Assembly: GCA_013239625.1 (NCBI GenBank)
Contig: MU053504.1
Location: forward strand, 1,800,001 to 1,864,000
DNA: 64,000 nucleotides
From: Lama guanicoe
Taxonomy: Eukaryota
Direction: 5' to 3'
In this document: positions 1 through 15,332 of the stretch, one piece after another
Position numbering within the stretch: the first letter of the stretch is position 1
How the letters are laid out: every line of letters starts with the position of its first letter
Program-made: the position numbers and the translations under genes
Notes under the pieces: generated by a model
Databases searched by the model: none
Told to the model about the DNA's origin: nothing
The model's input: only the letters and a program-made list of their open reading frames with translations

Positions 1-1609
1 AGTGGGTAAATGCTTTTCAAGCCTCTGCTGGTTTCAAGCTTTTTAATGTCTCACTGGCCAAAGCCAAGTCACAACGTCCAAGTCCAAATTCAGAGGGTAA
101 GAAGTAGATTCAACTCTTCAGCTCTTGACAGAAGGAGATGCTTTTGTTGTGGTCGTATTTTTAATCTACCAGAGTTGGCCATGCAAGCATTTTTTTTTTA
201 ATTTATGGGCTTAACACTGGCTACTTACTTTTTTCTTAACGGAATGGGCTTAACTTTATTCAGTAATTTTCTATTCTTGACCATGGGTCCCCTAATTCTC
301 TTATTCTATTCCATGTGCACCCCCATGCGCCTGGAACAGAATAACTCCACATCCCATGTACATGAGCCAATCATTAGTTTTCTAACAGAGCATTATAGTA
401 AATTACTCTCTGGATGGAATTAAGAAGTTTGGAAAATTCTTATTAATATCTAAAAAATCAGCAAATCTATAATCTGATTTATTGACAAGTAGTATTTGTG
501 ATCTCCTATACTTCCTAACGTTTCTGATTTTGTCACTGATGTTTTTACATTCCAAAACCATAATCACACACTACAGACCTGGGATACATTCCACTAGGCT
601 AAAGGGAGTGGAAGTCAAATAGTTCTACGAGGGGACCATGTAATGTTTGAAACTTCCCCCTTAGGAGTTCTCTGGTGATGACACAGGTACTTCCAGACAA
701 CATTGGGGCAGTATGCACTGTAAAACTGACTCAGAAAGTAACTCGGAAATGTGAGAGTAATAAAACTGATCAATTACTTAATAGCATCTCTTTGAGGAAT
801 CTACTCTAAGGAAATTATCTGAAATTTGAGAAATGTATATGGATACAGAGTTCCCACAGCATTATTTATGATAGTGAAAAGCTGGAGACATCCCATGTGA
901 CCAGCAGTGGGGAGCTGGTTGAGACAATTCTGTCCAGACACACACAATTCCATAACCAATCAGAATGTAATTACCACTGTGAAACAGGAACACATGTGTT
1001 CACTTACATAATACGTTTATATGCTAACCTAAGAGGAAGAAAATAAAATTATATGTATACCACAATTATAAAAAAGCATCCACTTAAAAGACCAGAACAA
1101 AGTTCACAAAATTTATAACAGTTACATGGAGTTAGTGAGATTATGGGTGAATTGCTACCCAATTTTCCTTGTTGTTATATTACTTCCAAAGTATATACAT
1201 AAAAAAAATCACCTGTTAGTAGTGAGAATCAATGTCACTGACTGAGGTAAGATGGGTTTAAGATGGCTTAACCATATGAAAAAGTATCTGTGAACTACTC
1301 CAGTGCCTTGGGATACAAGGCCCCTCCCCTGCAATAAAGAGGAAAAGAAAAGCCTGCCACGGGCATTATTTTTTTCTGGGAGAAGCTACTTCAAGTCCCA
1401 CTGCCCTAGAAAGGGTGACTTTTCAGTGCACAGAGAAAAGCGGTGAGAAGCTGCCAGTCCAAAAGGGCCTTCTGAGGACCCAGCACTAACCAAATAACAA
1501 CTGTGCATTTATTATATAGAAGGTAGACTGAATCATTCCAGAAGACAAACACACATAAAGGTGTGTCTCCTTCTGGTGGGTGGGAGAAAATTGCTTTCTG
1601 TACACTTCA

Positions 1610-1804
<195 letters not shown>

Positions 1805-4800
1805 TTACTGCTTGGGGCTATAGAGCAGGGGAAGAAGGCAGTGCTTGCTGAGCGGCTGAGTGAGCAAGGGTGGAACGAAACCAAAACAGGGAGCCTGCAA
1901 CTGGATTCCTTGGGGTCACCCCACTTCATGACTTGGAGCCCCTGGAGTTCACCATGTTTCTGTATTCTGAGCCCCATGAGACCTAACTGGGCAAGACTGA
2001 GAGGAAAATGCCCACTCCCCACCCGTCTGAGGGAAGCCTGCAGTGACCCTGGGGCTCTGAGGGCGGGATTAGGTGTCTTTAGGCCTCTTTTCTAATCCAG
2101 GTAGGAGCCCCTGTGCTGGTCTGTTTTCTTTAATCGCTCTTTCCTCTCCTTCCATCTGATAGAACTGCATATGCAGGCAGGAAAAAGAGGATCAGATACC
2201 TCTCCAGGTCAGTAGACGCTTGTTGAACACCAATTGCATTCATATCTCCTGCCTGGAACTCCCTCCAAACTCCAGACTTCCAGAGCCAATTTGATATTTT
2301 TCACTTAGAACTTAATATGTTCATGATCCAACTCCCCCAAGGGAGGAGGCCTTGTCCTTCTCAGCAGAAGAGACTTCACTCTTTCCAGCTGCCAGGCCAA
2401 AAGATTTGTTCGGAGTCTTCTTTGACTCCATTTTCTCTCAATTTTCAAAATACAGCTACGCTCATACTCCCAGGTTACCACCGGGTCTAAACTGCTACCG
2501 TCTCCTGCCTATATCACCCCCCACAGCTTCCTTCCAAATCTCTCTGTAGTTGTGTTTAATGGACTTAGTGCTCATGGTTAAGTGCCCCGGCCCTGCTCCT
2601 TGGCATCAGCGTTTCCCCCTCTTCTAAAATGAAGTGTTTGGGGGCTTTTTATTGTCCATGTTTGGTATGAGCTGTAGAGTCTCTCATTTATTACGGTAAA
2701 GAGAAATGAAAGATTTATAAGCCAATCCAGAAAATTTTGGTTATTTTAATGCAACAGATTTCCCTTAGAGAGGGTGGCTGGGGAATTCCCAAATTTTCAA
2801 AGTGTCCTATTAATCTTTACTGATTTTAATGGAAAAAAGTTAGAGTGAAGAACAGGCTCCAGGCTCCTTGGTGAGGCCAGGGCATCTGGGTGATGCATCT
2901 GGGCACTGCAGCCAGGAGCCACGGAGGCAGAGAGGGGGCCTATAGTGTCACTCTACTTGTTAGGGGGGCCCCTGCTAAGGCCCTTCCTCCCTCCCCAGCC
3001 CCTGCCCCATAACCATCCTGGGCACGGCCTCTGGACAGCAGGAGGCAGCCCTCATCCCAGAGGGAAGCACACTGATCCAGCTGCTGGAGGCCATACCCGC
3101 CCACTTTGGCTAAACTGTCCTGACTGCATGATGAAAGCAAAAAACTGGCTCTTCATGTTGCCTCTTTCTTGTCAGTATTCTCTTCATTAAAAACAAAAAC
3201 AAAACAGAAGACAAAAACCCAGCAAGGCTTTAACTCTCTTTCCTCTGCAACAACAGATGTTCCACACAAGTGTCTTTCGGACTCTCTTTTACATTTGCAA
3301 TTTAAGCCTACAATTTTGCCTCCTTTTATGTTAATGCAATTTTTGTTTTGAGAGATACTTTGTTTTAAATGTATATAACTTAAAGAATGATTTTACAATA
3401 TTCCAGAGTATTAACAAATACAGCCCTTCAAATCCCTTCAAATTATTTTTTTTAAACTCAGATTTCCAGATTTACTTAGCTGTGTGTATATATTAAGTTT
3501 CTATACAATTTTGTAACCTGTGTAGGCTCCTAAATGTACCACCACAATCAGATACCGAACAGTTCCTACACCATAAGGCTCCCTCATGCTGCCCTTTTAT
3601 AACCACCCCCACCCACCTCCTGCCCCCTCCCCTCATAACTCCTGACGAACTTAATCTTCCACTATTTCTAAAATGTTATCATTTCAAAATACATTAATTC
3701 AATTTTTAAAACAGCAACTAATAGCGCCACTTGATGTCAAAGCTCAGTACCACTGCCCACCTGCTGAGTAAGTTGAACATGTGGAACCACCAGGCCACTC
3801 TAGGGGCAAAAGAAAACTGCCTTATAGCACAGAATCTTAAAATCAAAGGCCACATTCAAGGAATAAAATTCTCAACCTGAGAAGCCTCTGGAGTGTTCCT
3901 ACATCAACAACCTCAACACCACGCTTAAAGGAGATGGACGTGCTATAAAAGAGGCTGCCACGTGTTCCCTGCTAAGCCTCAAAAGAATGGGTCTGGCCTG
4001 TATGAAAAGTGTTGCAGTGAGCACCAGAGCAGGAAACCCATCTGAGGCTCCTGTGTCCTGGGGTTGTGACTGGGCAAGAGCTGGGCCTATGAACACAAGC
4101 GTGGGCTGGCCATGCACAGCCACTGCCGCTCAGAGAAGCCAGGATGGCCGGCATCTCTGCAGACCTGCACAGTCAGAGACAGGGAGCCACTGACGCTCTC
4201 TAAAGTGATGGAAGATGGAAATGACTTCAACTGCAATGTCAAGTGACTAAATTTGACTCCAGGTCCACACTCCCAATGATTCTTAACTCTGGAGAGGGGG
4301 CGGGAGGTGACGAAGTGTGGCAGGCCCATTCTTTAGACCATCAGAGGTGATGGAAAACAAGTGGTTTCAAGCCTTCTTATTCTGTGGCTCCCACATCAGC
4401 CCATAAGTAGGACAAAGGGGCTGACAGAAGGGAGGCCCAGAGCAGGTGTGAGAAAAAGGTCTTAAGAATAAGAAAGATGGCCGGGCAGGGCACATACTCC
4501 CGCCTGCCCTCTGCAGGACCACTGGCCTAGCTTTCCTCCAATTCTCACCAACACACCCAGGAGACTAAACAGGGCTTTGGATGTGGACCTATTCTTTATT
4601 GGAAACCATTAGCCAATTGCAAGTGCTCATTATTATGAGGACAAAAAACACAGCATAGCACAAAAGCACTTCATGAGAACTGCCAAAAGCTTCTTAATCA
4701 TCAACTGTAATGACACCAGTGAAGAGCACAGCCCATGTTTTCCTCACCTGGCACATTCTCCTCTGGGCCCAGGAGGTGATGTGCCTGCATGATGGGTCTG

Positions 4801-5382
4801 CTTCCTCCCCAGAAGCTCTCAGAAAAGGTCAAGGGAAGCTCCTTGCAGCTAGGCTCCCCAAGTGGTGGTACACACTCGGTCAAACCTTTCCTCACAGGGT
4901 GCTCCTTGCCCAACTGGACTGTTCATGCTCCTCACTGAGGGTCCAAGGAAACTCTCCTGGACTAGCCATCCTGTGGATGGTGGGGCTCAAGGCTAGAGTG
5001 TGGGGGCTGTCACTGTAACTCCATGGGAGGGAGGACAGAAAAAGATGAAGCTCCCCTGCCTTGCTTGATGGCAAGGGAAGAGAACTAAGGGCCACTACTG
5101 TTACAAGAATTATCAAAGCATCTTGCCAAGATAACCTCCCTCTCTACTTTCCCCCCTTTGGGGGTTATTATGATGTTGAAGCCAAATTTAAAGCTTGTGT
5201 GTAATCTGTACCAGCCACTCTGGAACACAGGATGACAACAGGAATCCATGCTTGCAGAAGGATCTCAGTGTAGCAGACACTTCTCATGCATGCGTTGTTT
5301 ATTCTGTGCCCCAGGTTAGCCACACATGAAATAACAGTAACGGCGACGTTACCATCCTACCTCAGAAGATGTCCAGCACTCA

Positions 5383-5595
<213 letters not shown>

Positions 5596-6319
5596 TCAGC
5601 CAGTGGATTTAGATGAGACCAGTACTCCCACAGACACTCTGCCCAGTGAACCCACACAGGAGAAAACAATACTGGCTCCACTGAAACAGGCAGAGGGCAA
5701 TGGCTGCATGGGGGCCTTGTATCCTAAGACCACTACTATTGGAGCTTCTGACAGGAAACACCTTGCCCCAGGGAAAAAGATCAGGTAAGCACATGACCAA
5801 CAGATTTCAGAGCTGGCAAAGACTCCTGAACAGGCAGTGATCTCCTGAAGGACCATTCAATAAAATGGCTTCAGTCTGGTTCTCAGTAAAACTCCTGCTA
5901 AGTATAAGAAATGGGCAGGGTGAAGAATTCAGATTGTTTATAGAACAAAAGCAATGGAAATAAGGGGGACCTGGTCAGGAGGTCTGATATTTTCCTAGTC
6001 TCTCTCCAAAACTCACCTCCTTAGTCCTCACAACCTCGCACTCTAAACTCCCAAACTTCTAGGCAGTTTCAGTCTTCTCAATTCCGCTATATGGCCTCCT
6101 GCAGGACGCTTTACTTTGAGGCAGACTGATTAGATATTAAACACCTAGTTCAGTCACCAAGCGTTCTTTAGCAACCTGCCAGCCAAGTGGAAGTGATGGA
6201 TGAAGGATCTCCCCCAAGCCAGCATGTCCCAGTTGCACCTGAACTCACACAGTCCCCTTGTGGTCATGGGAGGATCACATCCACCAGCTCTCAAGTTCTC
6301 ACCACCCTGGTCCTGAACT

Positions 6320-6730
6320 GCCCTGCTGACCATGCACGTTCCCAGGCCTCTGCGCACACTGGTCCTGCTCCTACAGAGCTCTTGCCCAGATATCCAAGGG
6401 TTCATTCCTTCATTTCCTCAGGCCTTTGCTTAAATGTCACCTTCCCAGTGAGGACTTACCAAGCACCCAATTCAAAACTGGCTTCCTTCCCCCAGCCAGG
6501 CATACCCTATAGCCTTCTCCGCTTTATTTTTCCAGAGCACTTTTTGCTAGCTAATATACTGTTTTCCTTATCTGGTTAACTGTCTATCTTCCAAAACTAG
6601 AAAGTAAGCTTCATGAGGACAGAGATTTTCTAGCCTATTTTGTTCATTTGTCCCTTATACTTAGAACAGTGCCTGGCATACAGGAAGTGCTCAGTACAAA
6701 CGTGTTAAATAAATGGACGGATGGATGACC
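6320..6730 (+). mobile_element. L2 3' fragment
   Basis: aaatgtcaccttccc..actagaaagtaagcttcatgagg..agaacagtgcctggcatacaggaagtgctcag..aaataaatgg. Confidence 0.78.
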
Positions 6731-6821
6731 ACTGTGCTGACACCCGCTACGTCAGTGCATGCTGAAGTTTTGCCAGTGCCTGGGCCTGCTTCCCCCAAAG
6801 CAAAGGCAGCAGCCATACTTA

Positions 6822-6911
<90 letters not shown>

Positions 6912-6949
6912 CTACATGAAAGGAAAGTCATGTGGGTTTGTGATTCAAT

Positions 6950-7160
6950 TGAGAAGCAGCACTGTAAAAGGTTAAGAGAACTGACTTCGTGAACCAGGTT
7001 CTGTGGGTTTGAATCTCATCACAAGTATTCCCTAGGCAGGTGGCCTTGGGTTCGCAACACAACCTACCTTGTAGGGTGGGTGTGATGATTAACTGAGTTA
7101 ATGTATGTAAACAAAGTGCTTAGAACAATGTCTGGCACATAGCGAATACCATATAAAATG
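6950..7160 (+). mobile_element. MIR SINE
   Basis: tgggtttgaatc..acctaccttgtagggtgggtgtgatgattaactgagttaat..aaagtgcttagaacaatgtctggcacatag. Confidence 0.75.
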
Positions 7161-8580
7161 TACTGTCACTATGATACTTTTCATGGAGATGCTGTGACTA
7201 GATGAATTAAAATATAATGGAAAATGCTGAGCAAAAAGGAGGTCTGGGGCAAAAATGCCAGAGGCTGAACTGCTGTGGTAAACTCAGCGGAGGAGGGAAG
7301 TGGCCCTGGATGTTTCTGTCTGGCTGCCCCAGCCTTCCAAGCAGCATGGCCTGAGAGAAGGAAACAGAGTGGGTGGAGGAAGCACTCCTGAACCCTGATG
7401 GGGAGAAAAGGAGCCAGGCTAGACTTTCCTAACCTTGGCACATGGTTACATGAAAACAGGGCCCTCTTCAGGTAGACATTCCAATGCAACTCAAGAAATT
7501 CACTAACAAAGGAGTCAAGTGGTGGAGGGAAAGAACCATGCACCTGCTGAAGGATAATGATGTCCGTGACATAGCATGGCAAAAGTCTCTTTAAGAGTTT
7601 TATTTCACAATACACAAGACTCACTGGGACAGACTGGTCACAAATAACTTGGATTAAAGCTCAGCTTGGTGGCAGTCATCACTTGAGCTGGTCACACCAG
7701 CACAGAGATGGCCACGAATCCCTCTTCTTTTGTGGGAAATAGTTCTCCCTCCTCTCCTTTGACCAGACCCTTATGCTATATGCCTTTCTGCCCCTGCAAG
7801 CAGTATTCCATGTATCTGACTTCTTCTTTATCCTCCTCCTATCCCAATTTCCGCATCTTGGTTCCCATTCCTTAGCATCCAGTCTTCAGCCTCTCAAATT
7901 CCAGCACATATGCTCACAGCCAGACACCTTCTTAAGGGCAGTCCTATAGCACCATGTTATATAAAATACATATATTAAAATAATATATATTATAAAACAT
8001 ATGAGATATACCATTTTCATTTTTAAACTCTGGTTTAATGAAAAAATGAGGCTCTTAACTGCTTAGTGCTTCTACTCCCTTTTGCAGCTGAGTGTCTTCT
8101 AGATTTGCACAGAAATAGATGCCCTCTTAGAGCATATTACAACATATGGTTCTAAAGAAATGGTGGGAGGGGTGAAGAGGAGGGGAGTGTGAGGCAGGAG
8201 CAGATTAAAATCCACTCTTGGGAAGACAGTGTTTATAAAGTATGCTGGTGATGCCAGCAAGGCCTGACTGACGAGGCCCTTCCCGTTATTAAGTTCAATG
8301 TGTCACTCATTGCCAGGTACATCCTTGTTGCAACCAGAAGGAGCTGATGGCATAAAAGCACTGGGCAAGAGTTTAAAAACCTGCAGAAGCAATGGGAGGG
8401 CACAGCAAAATGCCAGGGTTTCATCACTGCCATGGGGGTAGACTGGAATTAATGGAGACGCCTGTACACAGTCATTGTATATAGCAGGTTTCATGTGTAT
8501 TATTACATCAGTATCCAGGGAAGTGGGGAGTCTTAAAAAGGGACTCCGCCTGAGCTCCTGTTAACTGACACTGAAGATCA

Positions 8581-8778
<198 letters not shown>

Positions 8779-9033
8779 CTATTATGTTACCATCACCAGT
8801 CTTGCCTAAATGCGCCCATTCACATGAGAAACTTCTTATTTAACTGCTGAAAAAGAAACCTTAGTGATTCTCTCTAGAGAATAAAGCTGTATATGGTATG
8901 TCACTACTACCTTTTACAATGATCCTTAAGAAGCTATAAAGAAAGAAAAAGAAGCTTAGAAAGGACCAACACTGAAGTTTCTGACATTTCAAAAGCCAGA
9001 ATTTTAAACATCCATAAACAGAAACGGAGCTCA

Positions 9034-9144
<111 letters not shown>

Positions 9145-9536
9145 TCAAAGGTTCGCAGATTAGAATTCCATCTCCCTACAGCACACACACTTTACATAAC
9201 TTGTTCTGACATTTTTCAAGCCAAAATCCTGTGACAAGCATCTTACTGACTTAATCAAAATCCAGCATTAATGCAGGATGACTAGTTTACCCACACAGGA
9301 GGGTTGGCTTGAAACCCTTGGTAATACTACAGGTTTCTGATTCTTGGTGGATTTCATCTCTCCTGACTTCTGTTCCCCAAGGGCACTGGCTACCTGCGAG
9401 CTGGCAGCACTGAAATGACGGTCTTGGCCCTTTCAGATGCCAAGACCTCTGTGTTACATAATGTGAGTCAGCCTGCAGAGACAGCAGACACACACAGCTT
9501 AGGGAAGCAAGCACAAACACTGAAGGCAGCCACTTA

Positions 9537-9626
<90 letters not shown>

Positions 9627-10615
9627 CTAAACAAAACAGAATTTGAGTAAAGAACACTTTAAACTCAACAACAGGATATGGAACCCACATGGGGATTTGA
9701 TGGTTGCTGAAAATCTAGACTGTCAGTACAGAGAAAAACCATCATAACAAACAAGTTTGTTTCAAAAATAGAGGCCTGAAGCAATTCTGTTCTGTACTTT
9801 TCAAAACTAGAATTTCTTTCTGGGTTCCTCTCCCAGGGATTCTGCTCCTTCAGAGGCCAGGAAGCACAGAGGAAAGTATCGAGTGACGCTCTTCTGGCAG
9901 CAGGGGCATGTTCTTCCCTGGTGACAGGGCCAGACAGAAAGAGCAGTTCAAACAACTCCTGCCTAGAGGCAGAGGGATGGCTGAAGAGGCTGCCTAGAAA
10001 GGACAAGCACAAGGAGGTAGGAAGGACCCGCTGGCAGTAAGACAGACATGGACTGGCTCTAGGAGCCACTGTGCAGCCAAGGCCAGCTCTTGTCTCCTCA
10101 ACGCTCTGAGAATCTGTCCTGGGGGAGGGACTGTCCTCTCACAAGCTGCTGTGATCACACTTTTCCAAGCAAGTCCACCAGTCCTGAGACTGGCCACTCA
10201 TACGGCTTTGGCTACTGCTTGGTCTCTAAGTGGGTCATACAATTCTTGGTAAGCTCCCTCACTCGTGCAATCTGTGCTGAGAGCCTGAGGTGTGCAGCCT
10301 GCCAGGTGAGACCACTCACAAGGGCAGGGCCTGTGAACCACGGGGAGGGAGAATGCAGGGTGGGGTAGAGAGCTCTAACCCAGCAGGCAGGGCCTAACAA
10401 TTCAATAAAGTAGCTAAAAGGGAAATTAGACTAGTGTCCTTGCCATTGAAAGGTGAGGACCTAAAGGAACTGAACAAAAGGATTTTTAGCTTCTGTGAAA
10501 AATCTTTTTTGTCCCTTGTAAGTACTAACTAGACTAAGACCCAAAGGGATTAGAATAAGCCACAAACTACCCCCCACCAACCCCCCCAACTCTCCCTCTC
10601 ATCACCTCACTGTTA

Positions 10616-10840
<225 letters not shown>

Positions 10841-11049
10841 CTAAAGAGAAAGAGGGCGCATCAGTGAGAAAAGCCATTTGCACAATACCAGCCCTCACAA
10901 GTACTGTCAGAATACATATGGCAAATGTCAGTGCAATTATTTTCACATTATGTCGTTTACTGGGGTCCAATTATAGATGTGTTTGTCAATATCTGGTTTC
11001 AGGAGATACAGGAAGTACAGGGCCTTTTCTCCAAAACTAAACATGTCAA

Positions 11050-12620
11050 CTTTTTCTAGGGTATTAATCCCTTATCAGACATGATTTGCAAATATTTTCT
11101 CCCATTCTTTGGGCTGTTTTTCACACTCTTGAAAAACATTCTTGTGTCTTCTGATGCATAGAAGTTTTTAATTTTGATGAAGTCCAATTTATATGTATTT
11201 TCTTTTGTTGCCTTGCTTTTGGTGTCAAATCAAGAAACTATTGCCTAATCCAAGGACATGAGAATGTATTCCTATGTTTTTTTCTAAGAATTTAAGTTTC
11301 GGCTCTTACATTTAGGCCTATGCTCCATTTTTGAGTTAATTTTTTTGTATGTGTATAAGGTAGGGGTCTAACTTCATTCATTTGCATGTGGACATCCAGT
11401 TTTTTCAGCACTGTTTGTTGAAAAGACTGCCCTTTCCTCACTGAATGATCCTGGCACCTTTGTGAAAATCATTGGGCCATACATGCAAGGGTTTCTTTTT
11501 AGGCTCTCTATTCTTTTCCATTGGTCTATACATCTGATCTTAGGCCAATAACACACTTTATTGATTGCTGTAGCTTTACAGTAAGTTTTGAAGAAAATGT
11601 GAGTTCTCCAACTTTTTCCTTTTTCAAGATTCTTTTGGCTATTTGGTAGGGGGAATCCCCTGAGATTCCATATGAATTTCAGGACAGGTTTTTTCATTTC
11701 TGCAAAAAATGTCATTGGGATTTTAATCAGAACTGCACTGAATCTGTAGACTGCACTGGGCAGGATTATTATCTTAATACTATTAAGTCTGCCAGCCCAT
11801 GAACATGGGACGCCTTACCATTCATTTAGGTCTTTAATTTCTTTCAGCAACATTTTGTGGGTTTTCATGTACAAGTCTTTCAACTCCTTGGTTAAATTTA
11901 TTGGAATTGTTTTCTTAAGAAGTTTTTGGATTATTCAACGATAGGGTAAAAAGATACAACTGATTTTATCTGTTTATTCTGTATTCTGCAACTTTGGTGA
12001 ATTCGTTTATTAATTCTAAGTTGTTTTTTTTTGGTGTGTGTGTAGAATTTTTAGGAATTTCTACATATAAAATCATGTTATCTGTGAACAGAAATTGTAC
12101 TTCTTTTTTGAACTGAAGTAAAGTTGATTTACGTTTCAGTTGCACAGTAATACACAGATATATATTCTTTTTCAGATTCTTTTCCATTATAGGTTATTAC
12201 AAGATACTGAATATAGTTCCCTGTGCTATAGAGTAGGATCTTGCTTTTTATCTATTTTATATATAGTGTGTATATCTGTTAATCCCAAATACCTAACTTA
12301 ACCCTCCCACCTCCACTTTCCCCTTTGGTAACTGTAAGTTTGTTTTCTACATCTGTGAGTCTATTTCTGTTCTGTAAATCAGTTCATTTGTATCATTTTT
12401 TTAGATTCCATATATAAGTAGTATTATATACCTGGCTTTCTCTGACTTACTTCACCTGGTATGATCATCTCTAGGTCCACCCACGTTGCTGTAAAATTTT
12501 ACTTCTTTCTTTCCAATTTAAATGTCTTTTATTTCTTTTTCTTGCCTAACTGCTCTGGCTAGGACTTCCAATGCTATGTCGAATAGGTGTGGCAAAAGCA
12601 AGCATCTTAGAAGAAAAGGC
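11050..12620 (-). mobile_element. Old L1 ORF2 fragment with a nested younger L1 3' end
   Basis: Peptides LKFIWN..., IDQWKRIES, FLFTDNMILYVE, LELINEFTKVAEYRIN in ORFs 11374..11715 and 11966..12187. Confidence 0.88.
12107..12493 (-). mobile_element. 5'-truncated cetartiodactyl-type L1 3' end nested in the older L1
   Basis: ttttccattataggttattacaagatactgaatatagttccctgtgctata tail motif; TSD aaattgtacttcttt (12092-12106) / aaattttacttcttt (12494-12508). Confidence 0.85.
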
Positions 12621-13284
12621 TTTTTTAGTTATTTAAATTTTCATTATAAAAGTCATATGTTCATTAAATAAAAATTTGAAACAAATATAAAAATAGAATA
12701 GAGAAAAAAGGTTAAAAAAAAAGTCAACCCAAGGTCCCATCGCCTAACTCCAACTACAGCTAACTATACTTTTCCTTCTAGCCTTCTCTTCCTATTCACT
12801 CCCTGATTTGCCTTTTTTAGGTAGTGGGAAATCATATTTACTTTTACAGTTGCATATCTTGTTTTTAAAACTTAATTTACCATTAGCATCTACCATGTTG
12901 TTGCAAACTATCTGAAAATATTTTCAGAGACTGCACCCCACCCCTCTTAGCTCACTCCTATGGCTGGACATTCGTATTACATAGTCTACTTCACCTTTTA
13001 TCTACTCTACCTTTGATCTACTCTTTACTAATTTACTGTTACATATCGTAGAGTAGAGGCTGTATCTGAGGCGCTTCCATTTATCTGTTAACTAACCTCA
13101 TGCCCTCTGAACACTCATGACTTGGCACTCGGTGTTTTCATGTTGATAGAGCTCTTCATAAAAATGAAATAACGACTCATTTTTTTTAACTGCCAAAACG
13201 GTTTCCCTGTTCTGTGTTTTTGCCTTTTAATTCCCTTCTGAAATACTTTTTAGAGTTTTAAATTATTAGTCTGATCAATTTTAT

Positions 13285-13650
13285 GCCACATCCATACAAT
13301 GGAATACTACTCATCAATAAGCAATAAAAAGGAACGAACTATTGATACACACAACAACACAGATGAATCTAAAAATCATTACGCTGAGTGAAAAAATGCC
13401 AGGCTCAAAAGGGTAGAGAATGTATGATGTCCATTTATATAACACTGTAGAAAATGCAAACTAATCTACAGTGACAGAAAGCTAATAAGTGGCTGCCTGA
13501 AATCAGAAGTAGGGGGAAAGATGACCCAATAATGGGCATTAGAAAACTTTTTGGAGGTAACAAAAATCTGTATCTTGGCTGTGCTGGTGGTTTCACGAGT
13601 GTATACATCTTTCAAAGCTTTAAATGAATGCAGTTGACTATATGTACGTA
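13285..13650 (+). mobile_element. Old L1M 3' fragment
   Basis: catccatacaatggaatactactc...gatgaatctaaaaatcattacgctgagtgaaa...atctacagtgacagaaagc. Confidence 0.78.
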
Positions 13651-15161
13651 TGTATTTATTTATAATATATTTTATTTAATCGAATATATCCAAAATATTA
13701 TTTTAAATGTAATCAGATAAAGAAGTATTATGAGATATTTTACATTTTTTTGAGGTATAGTTGATGTACAATATTATATGTTTCTAGTGTACACAATTTT
13801 TAAGGGTTACACTCTATTTATAGTTACTATAAAATACTGGCTATATTCCCTATATTGTACAATATATCCTTGTAACTTGTTAATTTAAAGTATATTTCAG
13901 TAAATTATCAGCAAAAAATTAAAAACTCCTTAAGTGGTCAAATTTGACAATCTTCTTCTTTAGAATTTCTTGTATAATTTCTAAATTTAGAAAATCTTCC
14001 TGGCCCTAAAAATTTAACAAATATTCACTATTACAGTCTTCTTAACTGGACTTATCATGGTGATCACTTGACAATACACACATGTCTAAGAGATCAGACC
14101 TTAAAAGTTCTCATCATAAGAACAATAATTTGTAACTATATTCATCTTTCTACTTGTGAAATTTTAAAATATTTAATTTTTATTTACTAGAAGTTTATTT
14201 TGATTTTTGATATGAGATAAAAATTCATTTTCCCCCAGATTAGGTAACTTATCATCCCAGCACTTGAGATTCATCCTCTTTTCCCTGATGTTGGAAGCTT
14301 TCACCTAACAGGGCCATTTAATCTGCCTTGCTGGTCTCCCTGCATTTTTGAATAGTCTTTAAGAAAGCAGGTTCTATGTGGAAGAAAGAATTCTTTCTGA
14401 ATTGCTCACAGCACTAGTTTTTGGAGCCACTAGACCAAACCACTTCACCTGGTCTCTGTCCTGGCTCCCAAACAAGCCGGTTCTGAGGCTGAGAGATCAG
14501 GCAGGGATGGAGCGCCTGCCCTCTGCTCTGGTGTCACACGGTGATAAGCTGTGCCCTGGCCAGAGGGTACAGGCTGGGGAAACTCATAGTTATCCTCCTC
14601 CCCAAAGGAGGGAGGGGGAGTGTTGATGCAGACTGGTGAAGTTAAAGGATGTTTCTGGGAGTGAAACTTTCATAGAGCTGGAGGGTATGTGAGGGGGTGG
14701 GGCTAAGCCCTCATGGGGAAAATGAACCATTTCTTTTCCTCTCTGGCTAATTTTTAATTCTTTCCCATGCTGAGTGAGTGGAACTCCCATCAATGTCACA
14801 GGAAGCTGCTTCTTTCCAGTTCTTAAGTGGGTGAGCTTTTGTGTCCCTGGGTGGGAGGGCATCTGTGAGGGGCTATTGCAGGCCACCTGCAGCCTGCTCT
14901 CTGGTTCTCTTCGGGATAAGTTAATTGGGCATAGTTAGTACCGGCCCTTGGCCCAGAAGCCCCTTCTTGTTAAGCCCTTTACAGAGCAGAGAGGTGGATG
15001 AGGCCCACAAGAGCCTCTCCATGGCCTCCTTGCCTGCCTTCCTCAAAGGCAATGCTGGTTCCTAACATCGTGCCCTGTGGTGGTAGAGGTGGGGACAGGG
15101 AGTTATTTGATTTTTCCCTCAAAAGTGTGAGCATCTTTCTGAACACCAAAGCCATGAACTA

Positions 15162-15332
<171 letters not shown>

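Noticed and set aside
2780..2790. Palindromic NF-kB site GGGGAATTCCC
   Set aside because: Isolated motif with no supporting context; plausible by chance in 64 kb
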